Under the pieces are notes generated by a model. It was given only the letters and a program-made list of their open reading frames with translations, searched no databases and was not told the DNA's origin. This document shows, one piece after another, positions 30,179-40,886 of a stretch of 64,000 bases of DNA. Both the position numbers and the translations under genes were made by a program. Every line of letters starts with the position of its first letter. Position 1 is the first letter of the stretch. Source of the DNA: Myxococcota bacterium (GTDB lineage Bacteria > Myxococcota_A > SURF-8); NCBI GenBank assembly GCA_965140415.1, contig OZ223209.1, positions 5,632,001 through 5,696,000 of the forward strand, written 5' to 3'.

Positions 30179-31089
30179 TGTTTTATAACCAACCGCTTCA
30201 GTTTCCTCTTTAGTTTTTCCGGAAACGATAACTTCACAAGATAGTACTTTCTGATGGAATCAGTGAGACTTACAAGAAAAGAAGTTCCAGCTAGCATAGC
30301 TTTGTGGTGATATCCGATGGAATTGTAGATTTCTTTTTGAATAATAATGTTTTGAGCTGCACAGATCGCCAATGAAAGTCTACTGAAAAACACTCCCCTA
30401 TATTTCAATCCTAAAGTATTCATGACCGCTCGTGTAGATTCTTTTGCAGACCCATAAGATACACCAGCCCTTCTGAAAAGCTGTATATCTTCATCCATGC
30501 TGATTTTCCCATTGAAGGCTATAGCAGCAAGCCAACAGCGATCTGCTCCAAATCTATTCTCCATGTTGATTTTTTTAATTAGATCCGTATACATTAATCC
30601 ATAGATTGAAACCAACATTGGCGATGATGCTGACCACGTCGCAACAGAGCGTCTCCACCCTGAATTTTGCTCGAAATTTGCTTGTTTTCCTTCGATTTTT
30701 TTTATTGACCCATCCTTTAAAACAAAGTACGGAACTCCGCATATTAAAACATACTCGGGATGGTTTGAAAGGAAACCGACACAAGTCTCAATATAATCCT
30801 CGCTCAGAAAATCATCATCCGCCAACCATAAAAAATACTTTCCAGAAGCAGCGTCTCTGGTAAATCGGAAATTCGCTATGGCTCCAATATTTTTCTCTTG
30901 TTGAAAATACACAATTCGAGGATCTATTTTTAGAAACTCCCGAGCTACTTGATCGACTCTTGGATCCGGCGAGGCGTTATTTGAAATGATAATTTCCAAA
31001 TTTGAATAGGTCTGTTTTAATAGCGACTCTAGGCTCCGCTTCAGACCATCCGGTCTATTGTAACATGGCAACCCTACGCTTACAAGCAA
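30172..31089 (-). CDS. Glycosyltransferase family 2
   Basis: VSVGLPCYN, QTYSNLEIIIS, NIGAIANF, WLADDD. Confidence 0.92.
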   Translation of the reverse strand: MLVSVGLPCYNRPDGLKRSLESLLKQTYSNLEIIISNNASPDPRVDQVAREFLKIDPRIVYFQQEKNIGAIANFRFTRDAASGKYFLWLADDDFLSEDYIETCVGFLSNHPEYVLICGVPYFVLKDGSIKKIEGKQANFEQNSGWRRSVATWSASSPMLVSIYGLMYTDLIKKINMENRFGADRCWLAAIAFNGKISMDEDIQLFRRAGVSYGSAKESTRAVMNTLGLKYRGVFFSRLSLAICAAQNIIIQKEIYNSIGYHHKAMLAGTSFLVSLTDSIRKYYLVKLSFPEKLKRKLKRLVIKQC

Positions 31090-31149
31090 CTATATACTCC
31101 CTTTAAAAAACGGAATAAGATGAAAATTCTCATTAAACCTACCTTGAAT

Positions 31150-32433
31150 TCATGTAAGTTTCTGGCTTTCCCAATTTAAAAACGGTCGAACAACCCCAGG
31201 AAGCTTGCCGAAAAACTTGGCCCTTGTCGGTGTTTCATCAAACTGGTCAACTACTTTAAATTTCAGAAGATCTCGGGCATAAAAATGTACTTCAGATCTA
31301 ATTAAGAAAGAAGACAAAGCAACACCAACAGAAAACATGCCATCATTAAATAAATTACCAGGGATTTTGCAAGTAGATTTATATCTACCGGGAGTATCTG
31401 TTCTTACAGGAACATTCTTCCCAGCACTCATCGTGACAAAGCAGCAGATACCCTCTGAGTTAAAAAAATGTAGATTAGGAACAACTTCCACGTTTCTTAC
31501 TAAAATATCATATTCAAATTCAACAGAGAAGGGATCGCTAATATTGATTTCGGAAGAAGACTTGCCTCTACAGTCCACAATTCGGGCAGCGCGTAACCTC
31601 GCTTTCACATCTCCTAAGGATTCAATTTTACTATATGATACTTCACACCTGCCACCATTTTCCGAAAAGTAATTTTCGATAACACTGGATGTTGGTCCGA
31701 TTTGTATTGCCACTCCCTTTTCCAGATGTACCGAACGCTGGCACAGTTTATTGATAACCGCCATATTATGACTGACAAACAGCACGGTGCGGCCCTGTTT
31801 GGCTACGTCGCCCATTTTTCCCAGGCATTTCTTCTGGAATTCGGCGTCACCAACCGCCAGGACTTCGTCCACCAGCAGAATCTCCGGTTCCAGATGCGCC
31901 GCCACCGCAAAAGCCAGGCGCACGTACATGCCCGAAGAATAGCGCTTGACCGGCGTGTCGATGAACTGCTCGATGCCGGAAAAGTCCACGATTTCATCGA
32001 ACTTGGACTCGATCTCGCGTCTCGTCATACCGAGGATGGCGCCGTTTAAAAACACGTTTTCGCGCCCGGTCAACTCGGGATGAAAACCGGTGCCCACTTC
32101 CAGCATGCTCGCCACGCGGCCTCGCAGCAGCGCCCGGCCCGAAGTCGGTGCGGTAATGCGCGACAGGATTTTCAGCAGTGTCGATTTTCCCGCTCCATTC
32201 GCGCCGATTACGCCCAGCACTTCACCCTGTTGCACCTCGAAGGAGACATCTTTGAGCGCCCAGAACTCCTTCTTGGTCGTTTTCTTTTGCTCACCGATTT
32301 TGGCGTTGGGGTCCGGTTTGCCGCGAAAACGCGCCCAGCGACTGGCCAGATCCTGCTGCAACGAGCCATAACCGAACACACCGAGCCGGTAGCGTTTGGA
32401 AAGATTTTCAACCTGGATAATCGCGTCACTCAT
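31150..32433 (-). CDS. wzt: Wzt-type polysaccharide ABC transporter ATPase with a C-terminal carbohydrate-binding domain
   Basis: GANGAGKST, YSSGMYVRLAF, LLVDEVLAVGD, VSHN; Wzt_C-like extension. Confidence 0.93.
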   Translation of the reverse strand: MSDAIIQVENLSKRYRLGVFGYGSLQQDLASRWARFRGKPDPNAKIGEQKKTTKKEFWALKDVSFEVQQGEVLGVIGANGAGKSTLLKILSRITAPTSGRALLRGRVASMLEVGTGFHPELTGRENVFLNGAILGMTRREIESKFDEIVDFSGIEQFIDTPVKRYSSGMYVRLAFAVAAHLEPEILLVDEVLAVGDAEFQKKCLGKMGDVAKQGRTVLFVSHNMAVINKLCQRSVHLEKGVAIQIGPTSSVIENYFSENGGRCEVSYSKIESLGDVKARLRAARIVDCRGKSSSEINISDPFSVEFEYDILVRNVEVVPNLHFFNSEGICCFVTMSAGKNVPVRTDTPGRYKSTCKIPGNLFNDGMFSVGVALSSFLIRSEVHFYARDLLKFKVVDQFDETPTRAKFFGKLPGVVRPFLNWESQKLT

Positions 32434-32442
32434 GCTCGTATC

Positions 32443-33300
32443 TCAAATCGTATCGACAAAGGTGCGCTCCACGCGGCTGAAGCCCACTGCACCCAATAAA
32501 ACCAGAAACGCCGTCATGCAAAGACTGATTCCCCAATAATATAGCGAGGGTGAACCACTTCCCAGAAAGCCGAAACGGAACAACTCGACGATAATTGCCA
32601 CCGGATTTAACGCCATCACCCAGCGCCAGTTTTCCGGCACGATCGACATAGGATACACGATCGGGGTGGCGTACATCCACAACTGCGTAAAGAAAACAAC
32701 CAAATAGTTGATATCACGATATTTTACCGTCATGGCGGCGATGATCAGCCCGCAGCCGAAAGCCAACATTCCCAGTTGCAGAATCAGCACGGGTAGGATT
32801 AATAGCCAGAGATTCGGCTGAACACCGCGACCGAGAAACAGGTAAATCGCGAAGACCACAAGGAAAAGCGAGAACTGAACGCCAAGCGTGATGCCTCGCA
32901 TAAGTATCGCTGCCAAGGGAACCGACAAGCGCGGGAAATAGACCTTGGTGAAAATCGCCTGGTTTTCGATGAAGGTACTCGCCACCTTCTGAAAGGAACT
33001 GGAGAAAAAGGTCCAGAGAACCACACCGGAAAGATAAAACAGCACGTGCGGCGCACCGTCCGTGCGGATACCGAGCGCCTTTCCGAAAACCAGCGTGAAA
33101 ACCAATGTCGACAACAAGGGCGTGATGATATGCCAAAGCGGGCCGAGAATCGATTGCTTGTATTGCGCGACGAAATCCCGGCGAATGAGCAGTCGAATCA
33201 GAAAACCCCGTCGGATCAACTCGCGGATTTGCAGATTGAACCAGCCCTTTTCCGGCTCGATCAGTACCAGGGTGTCTGTTTTCGGGAGAGATTTCGCCAT
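32443..33300 (-). CDS. wzm: Wzm-type polysaccharide ABC transporter permease
   Basis: RDFVAQYKQSILG, KVYFPR, YRD, YATPIVYP, LNPV; adjacent to wzt. Confidence 0.93.
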   Translation of the reverse strand: MAKSLPKTDTLVLIEPEKGWFNLQIRELIRRGFLIRLLIRRDFVAQYKQSILGPLWHIITPLLSTLVFTLVFGKALGIRTDGAPHVLFYLSGVVLWTFFSSSFQKVASTFIENQAIFTKVYFPRLSVPLAAILMRGITLGVQFSLFLVVFAIYLFLGRGVQPNLWLLILPVLILQLGMLAFGCGLIIAAMTVKYRDINYLVVFFTQLWMYATPIVYPMSIVPENWRWVMALNPVAIIVELFRFGFLGSGSPSLYYWGISLCMTAFLVLLGAVGFSRVERTFVDTI

Positions 33301-33539
33301 GTACCTTTTATTCTTTCCATAGCCATTTAGTCGATGGCGAGGCGTTCTCATTTACAAGCAGAAAACAAGGATTACGATGCTGAAAATACCATAGAAAACA
33401 ACGATATCCAAGAATTCTTTTCTATGCTACGCGCATGGAAACAATGGGTAATTCGCCCCATGGCATGCAACGGGACGGCTGCTTGTCGAAGACATCTCGA
33501 CGGATGCAGAGTCGGGTAAGTAAAAACGAGAAACGTTTA

Positions 33540-34736
33540 TTAAAACCGCCCGTTGCGGCCCAGCTCGAAATAGAACCCGAACGGAAACTTGATCTTTCCA
33601 TCCGATTCTACAATACCGGGAGGAGGATTGGGAAAGGGGGCCGCCTTCAATACCGCAGAGAGCGCTTCCTCATCCAAAAAGCCCACTCCGCTGGAACGAG
33701 AGACTTCGGCGTCTTGCAGATTGCCTTTGTCGTCCAAGGTGATGAACACGACGGTGTAACGATTTTGATAGCCGTGAATGGCGTGGGTCGGATCGAAGCG
33801 CGCCTGGGCATTGGCTGGACGCCAGCGTTTGGCTACCTCGCGTTTGACACGATTATAAAAGGTGGCGTACTTGAAAGACTTCGTATTCAGCCAGGTTTCC
33901 TCGCCTTCCGGCACGTCTTCCAGCCGGTCGTTCATCGGCGCACCGGCAACTTCCAGCGCCGTATTCAGATCGGGCAGCAGGCTTTTTGGGATGTTGCTGC
34001 GCGGACCGACGCCGTTTTCGCCGTCCATCCCTTTTTCATGCTCGTCGAAGAGCATCTGCAAGCGCTCGGAATTTCCTTTGACGGTCTGGTTTTCACGTTC
34101 GCGGTTTTTGAATTCACCCCGGGTACCATCGTCTTTCAGATCCAGCTTCATCGCCATTTTCAGATCCGGCACCAACACCAGGTTTTGCGGATTCGTGCTG
34201 CCCGGCGCGTGGGGCTTGCGCGGATCATTCAGCACCAGTTTACCCTCCTGGCGCTCGATGGCCTGCTGGGCGTTTGGAACGCCGCTGCGACTTTCCTTTT
34301 TCGTTACCGTATCCGCAGGACGGCGGATCTTGGCCTTGCTCTGCTTCTCGACTTTGGAATCATACTGGCTGACGAATTTGGCCTCGTCGGGCACCTCCTG
34401 CTTGTCGGGCATGGCGATGTCCACGATCTGGCCCTTGGGCTGCTTGGGTGGAATAACCTTTTTCTTTTTCTCTTCTTTGTTCTTTTCCGGCTGTTCTTTC
34501 TGCGCGATGCGGCGCGGCTGGGATTTCTGCTGAATGGACTTGTTCTGCATCCACTGCTTGGCATCCACGCTGCGCATGGTGATCGGAGTCGTCGGCAACG
34601 GGGGGGACGCTTCCGGCATCACTCGTTCAAGGCCGAGCAGAAGCAGCGCCCAGCACAAGGCAGAGACGAGCAACCACGGTCCTAGCCGCCGCAAATGCCC
34701 CCGCTTTCGTAACTGTCTCCACTCCTGTACGTGCAT
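33540..34736 (-). CDS. TonB-family energy transducer / TonB C-terminal domain protein
   Basis: N-terminal TM, Lys/Pro/Glu-rich linker, C-terminal VSRSSGVGFLDEEALSAVLKAAPFPNPP. Confidence 0.85.
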   Translation of the reverse strand: MHVQEWRQLRKRGHLRRLGPWLLVSALCWALLLLGLERVMPEASPPLPTTPITMRSVDAKQWMQNKSIQQKSQPRRIAQKEQPEKNKEEKKKKVIPPKQPKGQIVDIAMPDKQEVPDEAKFVSQYDSKVEKQSKAKIRRPADTVTKKESRSGVPNAQQAIERQEGKLVLNDPRKPHAPGSTNPQNLVLVPDLKMAMKLDLKDDGTRGEFKNRERENQTVKGNSERLQMLFDEHEKGMDGENGVGPRSNIPKSLLPDLNTALEVAGAPMNDRLEDVPEGEETWLNTKSFKYATFYNRVKREVAKRWRPANAQARFDPTHAIHGYQNRYTVVFITLDDKGNLQDAEVSRSSGVGFLDEEALSAVLKAAPFPNPPPGIVESDGKIKFPFGFYFELGRNGRF

Positions 34737-34988
34737 GAACGTCCGTCCTTTATACGAACTCGAAACCTCTCATAACCTACTATAGTAGCAGATCGGAAAA
34801 AACGCTGTCAAAGGCTGATACAAGAATATACACAATCTTGACATCGGGTGCGTTGGCTTTGTTCCCCTGTTTGGGGAATAGAACCCACTTTTTTCCCTGC
34901 ATCCGTTGACGTTCCCCCGGCACTTTGGGTAGGATAGCGCCGCAGGTTGCAAAACGCATCGATTACAGCGCGAAGGAAAAAGAAAGCC

Positions 34989-35975
34989 ATGTTGACAGCG
35001 GAACAGAAAACGGAAGTGCAGCAAGCCTTACAGAGCCTTACGAAACCTTTTGCGCTGATCGTGCAGAAATCCAAAACGGAACATCCACTCAATCAGAAGT
35101 TGCTTGCGTTTGCCGAAGAACTGGCGGCTTTGTCGGAGCAGATCACCGTTACCGAGCGCAACGCCGAAGACGATCTTCCCGCGCTGGGCTTTCACAAAGA
35201 GGACGGCGGCTGGGTCTGGTACGCCGGATTGCCGGAGTTGGGTGAATGGCCGCCCTTCATGCAAACGCTGGCGGTGGCTGCCGGAAGCTGTCCGATTCCC
35301 GCAGACGGTCTTTCCTCGCTGCCGGTGAGCGAGCAGCCGCGCAGCTTTGACGTATTCGTCATGCCGCACTGCGTGTTCTGTCCCCAGGCGGCGTTACTGG
35401 TCAATTGCCTGGCGCTGATGCATCCCGGTATTACGTCCCGCATCATCGATGCCCAGGCCAATATGGAATTGGCTAGCAAGATCGGCGTCCGTTCCACCCC
35501 GACGATTCTACTGGACGGCGTACTGCGCTGGGTCGGTCAACTCGGAATCGCCAACGTTCCCACCCTGCTGCAAAACGAGTCGGAAAGCTGGCAGGACACC
35601 TTGAAAAGCCAGATCAACACCGGCAGCGTAGAGGAAACCGTGCAAACGGTGCTGAAAAACAACGACGCCGCCGAACAACTGCCCTATCTGCTGCAAAAGC
35701 CGGAACTGTCGTTGCACATGGCGGTGTTGCGGGTAATCGAAGACGCCGTGGCAGAACAGGCGGATATCGGCAAGAAAATGCTGAATTCGCTGGACAAGCT
35801 AACCAGACACAGTAACCCCTTGACACGCGGGGATGCCGCCTATGCGCTCGGCCTGATCAACCTGCCGCAAGCCATTCCGATTTTAAAGCGATGCCTGCAA
35901 GATGAAAACGAAGACGTGCAGGACAGCGCCCGCGACTCGCTGGAAATGCTGGGCGAAGCGGTGGAAGGCAACTGA
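34989..35975 (+). CDS. Thioredoxin-fold disulfide oxidoreductase (AhpF N-terminal-like) fused to HEAT repeats
   Basis: YAGLPELGEWPPF, PHCVFCP, GVRSTPT; C-terminal RGDAAYALG...LQDENEDVQDSA. Confidence 0.8.
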   Translation: MLTAEQKTEVQQALQSLTKPFALIVQKSKTEHPLNQKLLAFAEELAALSEQITVTERNAEDDLPALGFHKEDGGWVWYAGLPELGEWPPFMQTLAVAAGSCPIPADGLSSLPVSEQPRSFDVFVMPHCVFCPQAALLVNCLALMHPGITSRIIDAQANMELASKIGVRSTPTILLDGVLRWVGQLGIANVPTLLQNESESWQDTLKSQINTGSVEETVQTVLKNNDAAEQLPYLLQKPELSLHMAVLRVIEDAVAEQADIGKKMLNSLDKLTRHSNPLTRGDAAYALGLINLPQAIPILKRCLQDENEDVQDSARDSLEMLGEAVEGN

Positions 35976-36125
35976 CAGCACGAACACAAACATTCACACC
36001 CTATGATCGAGAAGGATTGTATCCTGCTTTACGGATTTGGTTTCGGCGGACAGATCTACAAAGGAAAAATGTTTCTAGCAGGATTCAATCCTCCTCGATC
36101 TGAATTGAAATTTGTAGACAACACG

Positions 36126-36162
36126 AAAACACGGCCTCCACCGAAAAGGATGGAGACCGTGT
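36126..36162 (-). terminator. Intrinsic terminator downstream of the small ORF
   Basis: Minus strand ACACGGTCTCCA...TGGAGGCCGTGT-TTT; 12-bp stem whose one imperfect pair is G-U only on this strand. Confidence 0.65.
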
Positions 36163-36170
36163 CGATCGAA

Positions 36171-36359
36171 TTAACCGTACTGCCAGTTTGACATTATGGA
36201 ATAAGATCTGGCATCAATAAAGGTGATATTAAAACTAGATTCTTGTTTTTTACAGAGATGATAATTCTTAAACTTGTTTATTATTTGCTTGTACAACCAG
36301 CCAATGAGCTTTCCAACTGCTGTCGTAATAATAGCATCAATTATCTTTTCTATTAACAT
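36171..36359 (-). CDS. Small 62-aa protein with an amphipathic/hydrophobic N-terminal helix
   Basis: Strong SD AAAGGAG 6 nt before ATG; terminator hairpin 8 nt after the stop; AT-rich. Confidence 0.6.
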   Translation of the reverse strand: MLIEKIIDAIITTAVGKLIGWLYKQIINKFKNYHLCKKQESSFNITFIDARSYSIMSNWQYG

Positions 36360-36762
36360 TATAAACTCCTTTCAATTTCAAGTTATAATTACATAACAAT
36401 TTCAATGAGTTAACTGATTATGGTGTAAATTGACTAATAAACAATAACCAAGTCACATTTCTGGTGGTGCTCTGGGTTTGGTTTTGGGATGAATTTTGTC
36501 TCTTGGCCGATGCGCCATGAAGGCATAAAATGAGGGCACAGAAATAAATTGTTTCATATTCAGTCTCTTCGATATAGCAATTTTGAGAAAAAATAATATC
36601 ACCCAGGCGAACCCGAGCATTCAGTATCCTACAACATCACAAACGAAAAGCGAGCGCTAAAATAATACACAATATAATCAAACTACACCTATTATATCAC
36701 GTATGATTCAAAATGTCAAGAAAACAATTGCTAACGCCCTGATTTTTTTCCCTCTGAGTAGA

Positions 36763-36985
36763 GTAGGATGGGCATCCATGAGCAAGTCTTTGTCAAGCGA
36801 TAATTGCGGGGCGATCACGGGATCTCCAAGCATCCATTCGGCATCGCCGCAAGCGGCCCGCCATTCAATAAAATTCGGTTCGGCCCCATTCAATTGACGG
36901 CTTGTAACAGCCATGCCCATCCTACCCAATCTGGAATTGACGGGCCAAACAATTGCCCACCCTACTCAATCTCCCAAATTGACAC
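36763..36985. repeat. GTAG-type REP-like cluster (inverted pair plus tandem copy)
   Basis: GTAGGATGGGCAT (36763-36775) and its perfect inverse ATGCCCATCCTAC (36913-36925); second tandem unit AATTGACGG..TGCCCACCCTAC.CAATCT. Confidence 0.65.
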
Positions 36986-36986
36986 G

Positions 36987-37012
36987 AAAAAACCGGGGCG
37001 CTTGCCCCGGTT
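36987..37012 (-). terminator. Intrinsic terminator of rpoZ-eno
   Basis: Minus strand AACCGGGGC-AAGC-GCCCCGGTTTTTT. Confidence 0.85.
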
Positions 37013-37038
37013 GGAAGAATCGAGAATCTCTCAAGCGC

Positions 37039-38567
<1,529 letters not shown>

Positions 38568-38629
38568 ATCAGGGACTGCTCCTTCTGATTAAAGTTAGGC
38601 ATTCCTTTTCCCCCCTCAAATACCCGCTA

Positions 38630-38657
38630 AGTGTACGGAATTAATTCAAAAATGCAA
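38630..38657 (-). promoter_or_regulatory. Candidate sigma70 promoter for rpoZ-eno
   Basis: TTGCAT-N16-TACACT on the minus strand. Confidence 0.4.
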
Positions 38658-38924
38658 GGATAAAATGGGGAAAGACAAACATGGGCTCCGACATCGAGAT
38701 CGGGATTCTTTCAGGGTCGAAACCGTCACTTCGTATTTCGTGCGCGGGAGCGGGTCACCAACCCGCCATTTGCTAGTGAACTCACAAAATTCAAGTGTTT
38801 TCCGCTGGATTCATTTCAGCAAGTCGTGCAAAGTAGTTGCTAGTGTTTTCCATTTGTTGTATATTAGGGCGATTGAACTTGGAACACCTATTTCACCACC
38901 CACGCAATCGAACGAGGTTATTTG

Positions 38925-39386
38925 ATGAAGGTTGTTCTTTTTCCGTATTCTCAGGCTCGCCGAACTTCAGACGTCGATAAGGTAACCGCCTATGCGAAGC
39001 AGGCCGCCTTGCGCTTGCAGACTTATTTAGGCGCAATCCCTTCCGGTTCTCGGCTGTTACTGGAGCGAGCCTCGGACAGTCGCGCGGTGGGGCTGGCACT
39101 GGAAGACCAGTTCGGCGGTATGGATTTCAGCTACTTCAACTGGGCGGTACCCAAAAACAGCACCACGCCCGTACACCCCCAGTTCGAATCGATTTTTCGT
39201 GCGATCATGACGGTGGACATTCCGGTTGTCTTCCTTGTCATTCCAAGTAGCTACGTGGAGCGCTATGCAGAGGAAATTCTGCGACAGCTCGAATTGCCGC
39301 AGTCGCGACTTTCCATGGGTGGAGGACACAAAATTATACTGATCGAAGCCAAAGCCAAAGATCCCGTGCGAATGATCACCGTGTAG
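38925..39386 (+). CDS. Hypothetical protein, possibly a degenerate SixA/histidine-phosphatase fold
   Basis: GAGG SD; length and hydrophobic pattern match SixA, but the RH motif is absent. Confidence 0.6.
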   Translation: MKVVLFPYSQARRTSDVDKVTAYAKQAALRLQTYLGAIPSGSRLLLERASDSRAVGLALEDQFGGMDFSYFNWAVPKNSTTPVHPQFESIFRAIMTVDIPVVFLVIPSSYVERYAEEILRQLELPQSRLSMGGGHKIILIEAKAKDPVRMITV

Positions 39387-39474
39387 ATCGCTTTAACGGT
39401 TAGAACGATAAGATAAAACGAGGGGAAAAGCGTTCGATCAACGCGCCCCAAACCAGCGAGACAAGACGAAAACC

Positions 39475-40635
39475 ATGAACTGGACAATTCCTACCCCGGA
39501 TCTGATTGAAGAATGGAAAGCCCAAGGACAGGTGCGTAAGCTCATTCGCGTACTGGCCCAACCCGACAGCCCCCATCATCTTCTCACTTTGCGTGCTCTG
39601 GAAGAACTTGGCGAAGAAGCGATGCCGGCCTTGGTTCAGGTCGTCGAAATCGTTCCGGACAATTTGGATCTGCTCTGTTACGCCATCGATCTGCTGGCGC
39701 TGATGCGCTACAAACAGGCGGTGGCCAGCATCGTCGCACTAACGGAAAAAGGCGTGGGCTGGTTCGAATCCATGGTTGGTGGGGAGAAATTGTGGGTCAC
39801 TTCCGTCGATGCGCTGGGGAAAATCGGCACCATCGACGGACTCAACCGCCTTCGAGACGTTGCCCAGGACAATCGCTTCAGCGAGCGCTATCGCCAGCGC
39901 GCCATCGAAGCACTTTCGATGTCGCGCCAGAAGGAATCCGTGGAGCGGCTGGCGGATCTGCTGTCAAGTTTAAGCTCGGATGAGCTAAAAACCGCTGCAC
40001 TGGCAGGACTGATCGGCAATGGCGAACCCGCCAAACTGTACATCACAAACTTTTACAATAAACACAAGGCACCGGTCTGGCGAAAACGGATCGTGCGTCT
40101 TATGGGCGAATACCAGGCACAGGCTTTTGTCAAAAACCTGCTTGAATGGATGGAACAGGCAGAAGGCGACCTGCTGATCGCGATTCTGGTCGCTTTAGGA
40201 GAAATCGGCAACAAGCGGGCCTTCGCTCCCATCAAACTCTGCTTCGACAAATTGGACCAGACGGCCAAAGTGGCTGCTTCTCGGGCACTGGTTAACCTGG
40301 GTTGGCTGGCCGGAGAGCAGGACAGCGAAGAAAGCCGCCTGTATTACTTCATCGGTTCCGGGGATCTGCACGCTGCCATCAGCATGGGGCCATTAGGGCT
40401 GGATCTGGTTTGCACCTATCTGGAACTGCACCCGGATGCCCTTTCCACATTCTGCCGCTCGGGAGTCTCCGAAACCGACTGGTGGTTCGTCATGGATGCG
40501 CTCTCCAAACGCAAACAGGCGGGCATTACCAAGGCGTTCAAGGCCATGCTGGAATACGACGATTATTCCACGGATGTCACCACCTGGGTCGGTCGTTTTG
40601 CCAAGCGCCAGGGGCTGCGCATCAAAGAAGCCTGA
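39475..40635 (+). CDS. HEAT/PBS-lyase repeat protein
   Basis: Repeated ALEELG, ALGKIG, ALGEIG helical units. Confidence 0.85.
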   Translation: MNWTIPTPDLIEEWKAQGQVRKLIRVLAQPDSPHHLLTLRALEELGEEAMPALVQVVEIVPDNLDLLCYAIDLLALMRYKQAVASIVALTEKGVGWFESMVGGEKLWVTSVDALGKIGTIDGLNRLRDVAQDNRFSERYRQRAIEALSMSRQKESVERLADLLSSLSSDELKTAALAGLIGNGEPAKLYITNFYNKHKAPVWRKRIVRLMGEYQAQAFVKNLLEWMEQAEGDLLIAILVALGEIGNKRAFAPIKLCFDKLDQTAKVAASRALVNLGWLAGEQDSEESRLYYFIGSGDLHAAISMGPLGLDLVCTYLELHPDALSTFCRSGVSETDWWFVMDALSKRKQAGITKAFKAMLEYDDYSTDVTTWVGRFAKRQGLRIKEA

Positions 40636-40690
40636 TTTCAGGGGCTTGCCCTCACCCAAACACAAACAAAACACAAAATCCTGTCACTCC

Positions 40691-40740
40691 TGCAATATCT
40701 GCACTTCATTTTTTGCAGATATTGCATTTTTCTGTTGACA
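40691..40740 (+). promoter_or_regulatory. Perfect 13-bp inverted repeat (terminator and/or operator) next to a TTGACA -35 upstream of glnA
   Basis: TGCAATATCTGCA-N10-TGCAGATATTGCA, then TTTTT, then TTGACA at 40735-40740. Confidence 0.55.
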
Positions 40741-40886
40741 CTGACAGCATTTTTGTGCAACATCCGCACTAGTTGAGCAACAACTAAGAGACCTTTTTCA
40801 AATTAACCAGAGTATGCTGAACGGAACCTGACACAAAACAACCCGGGTTTCCGCAAAAAACAGCTCCCCAGCGAAAGGATGGAAAC

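Noticed and set aside
34989-35975. Full AhpF
   Set aside because: No FAD/NAD-binding reductase domains.
335-35975. Selenocysteine recoding in the redox proteins (glutaredoxin, thioredoxin-HEAT)
   Set aside because: Both have ordinary CxxC motifs with no in-frame TGA.
36703-36929. Short ORFs 36703-36897 (+) and 36708-36929 (-)
   Set aside because: They span REP-like repeats and lack a clear SD or any motif.
36891-36985. CRISPR array
   Set aside because: Only two to three imperfect units with 10-13 nt variable parts and no cas genes; better explained as REP-like.
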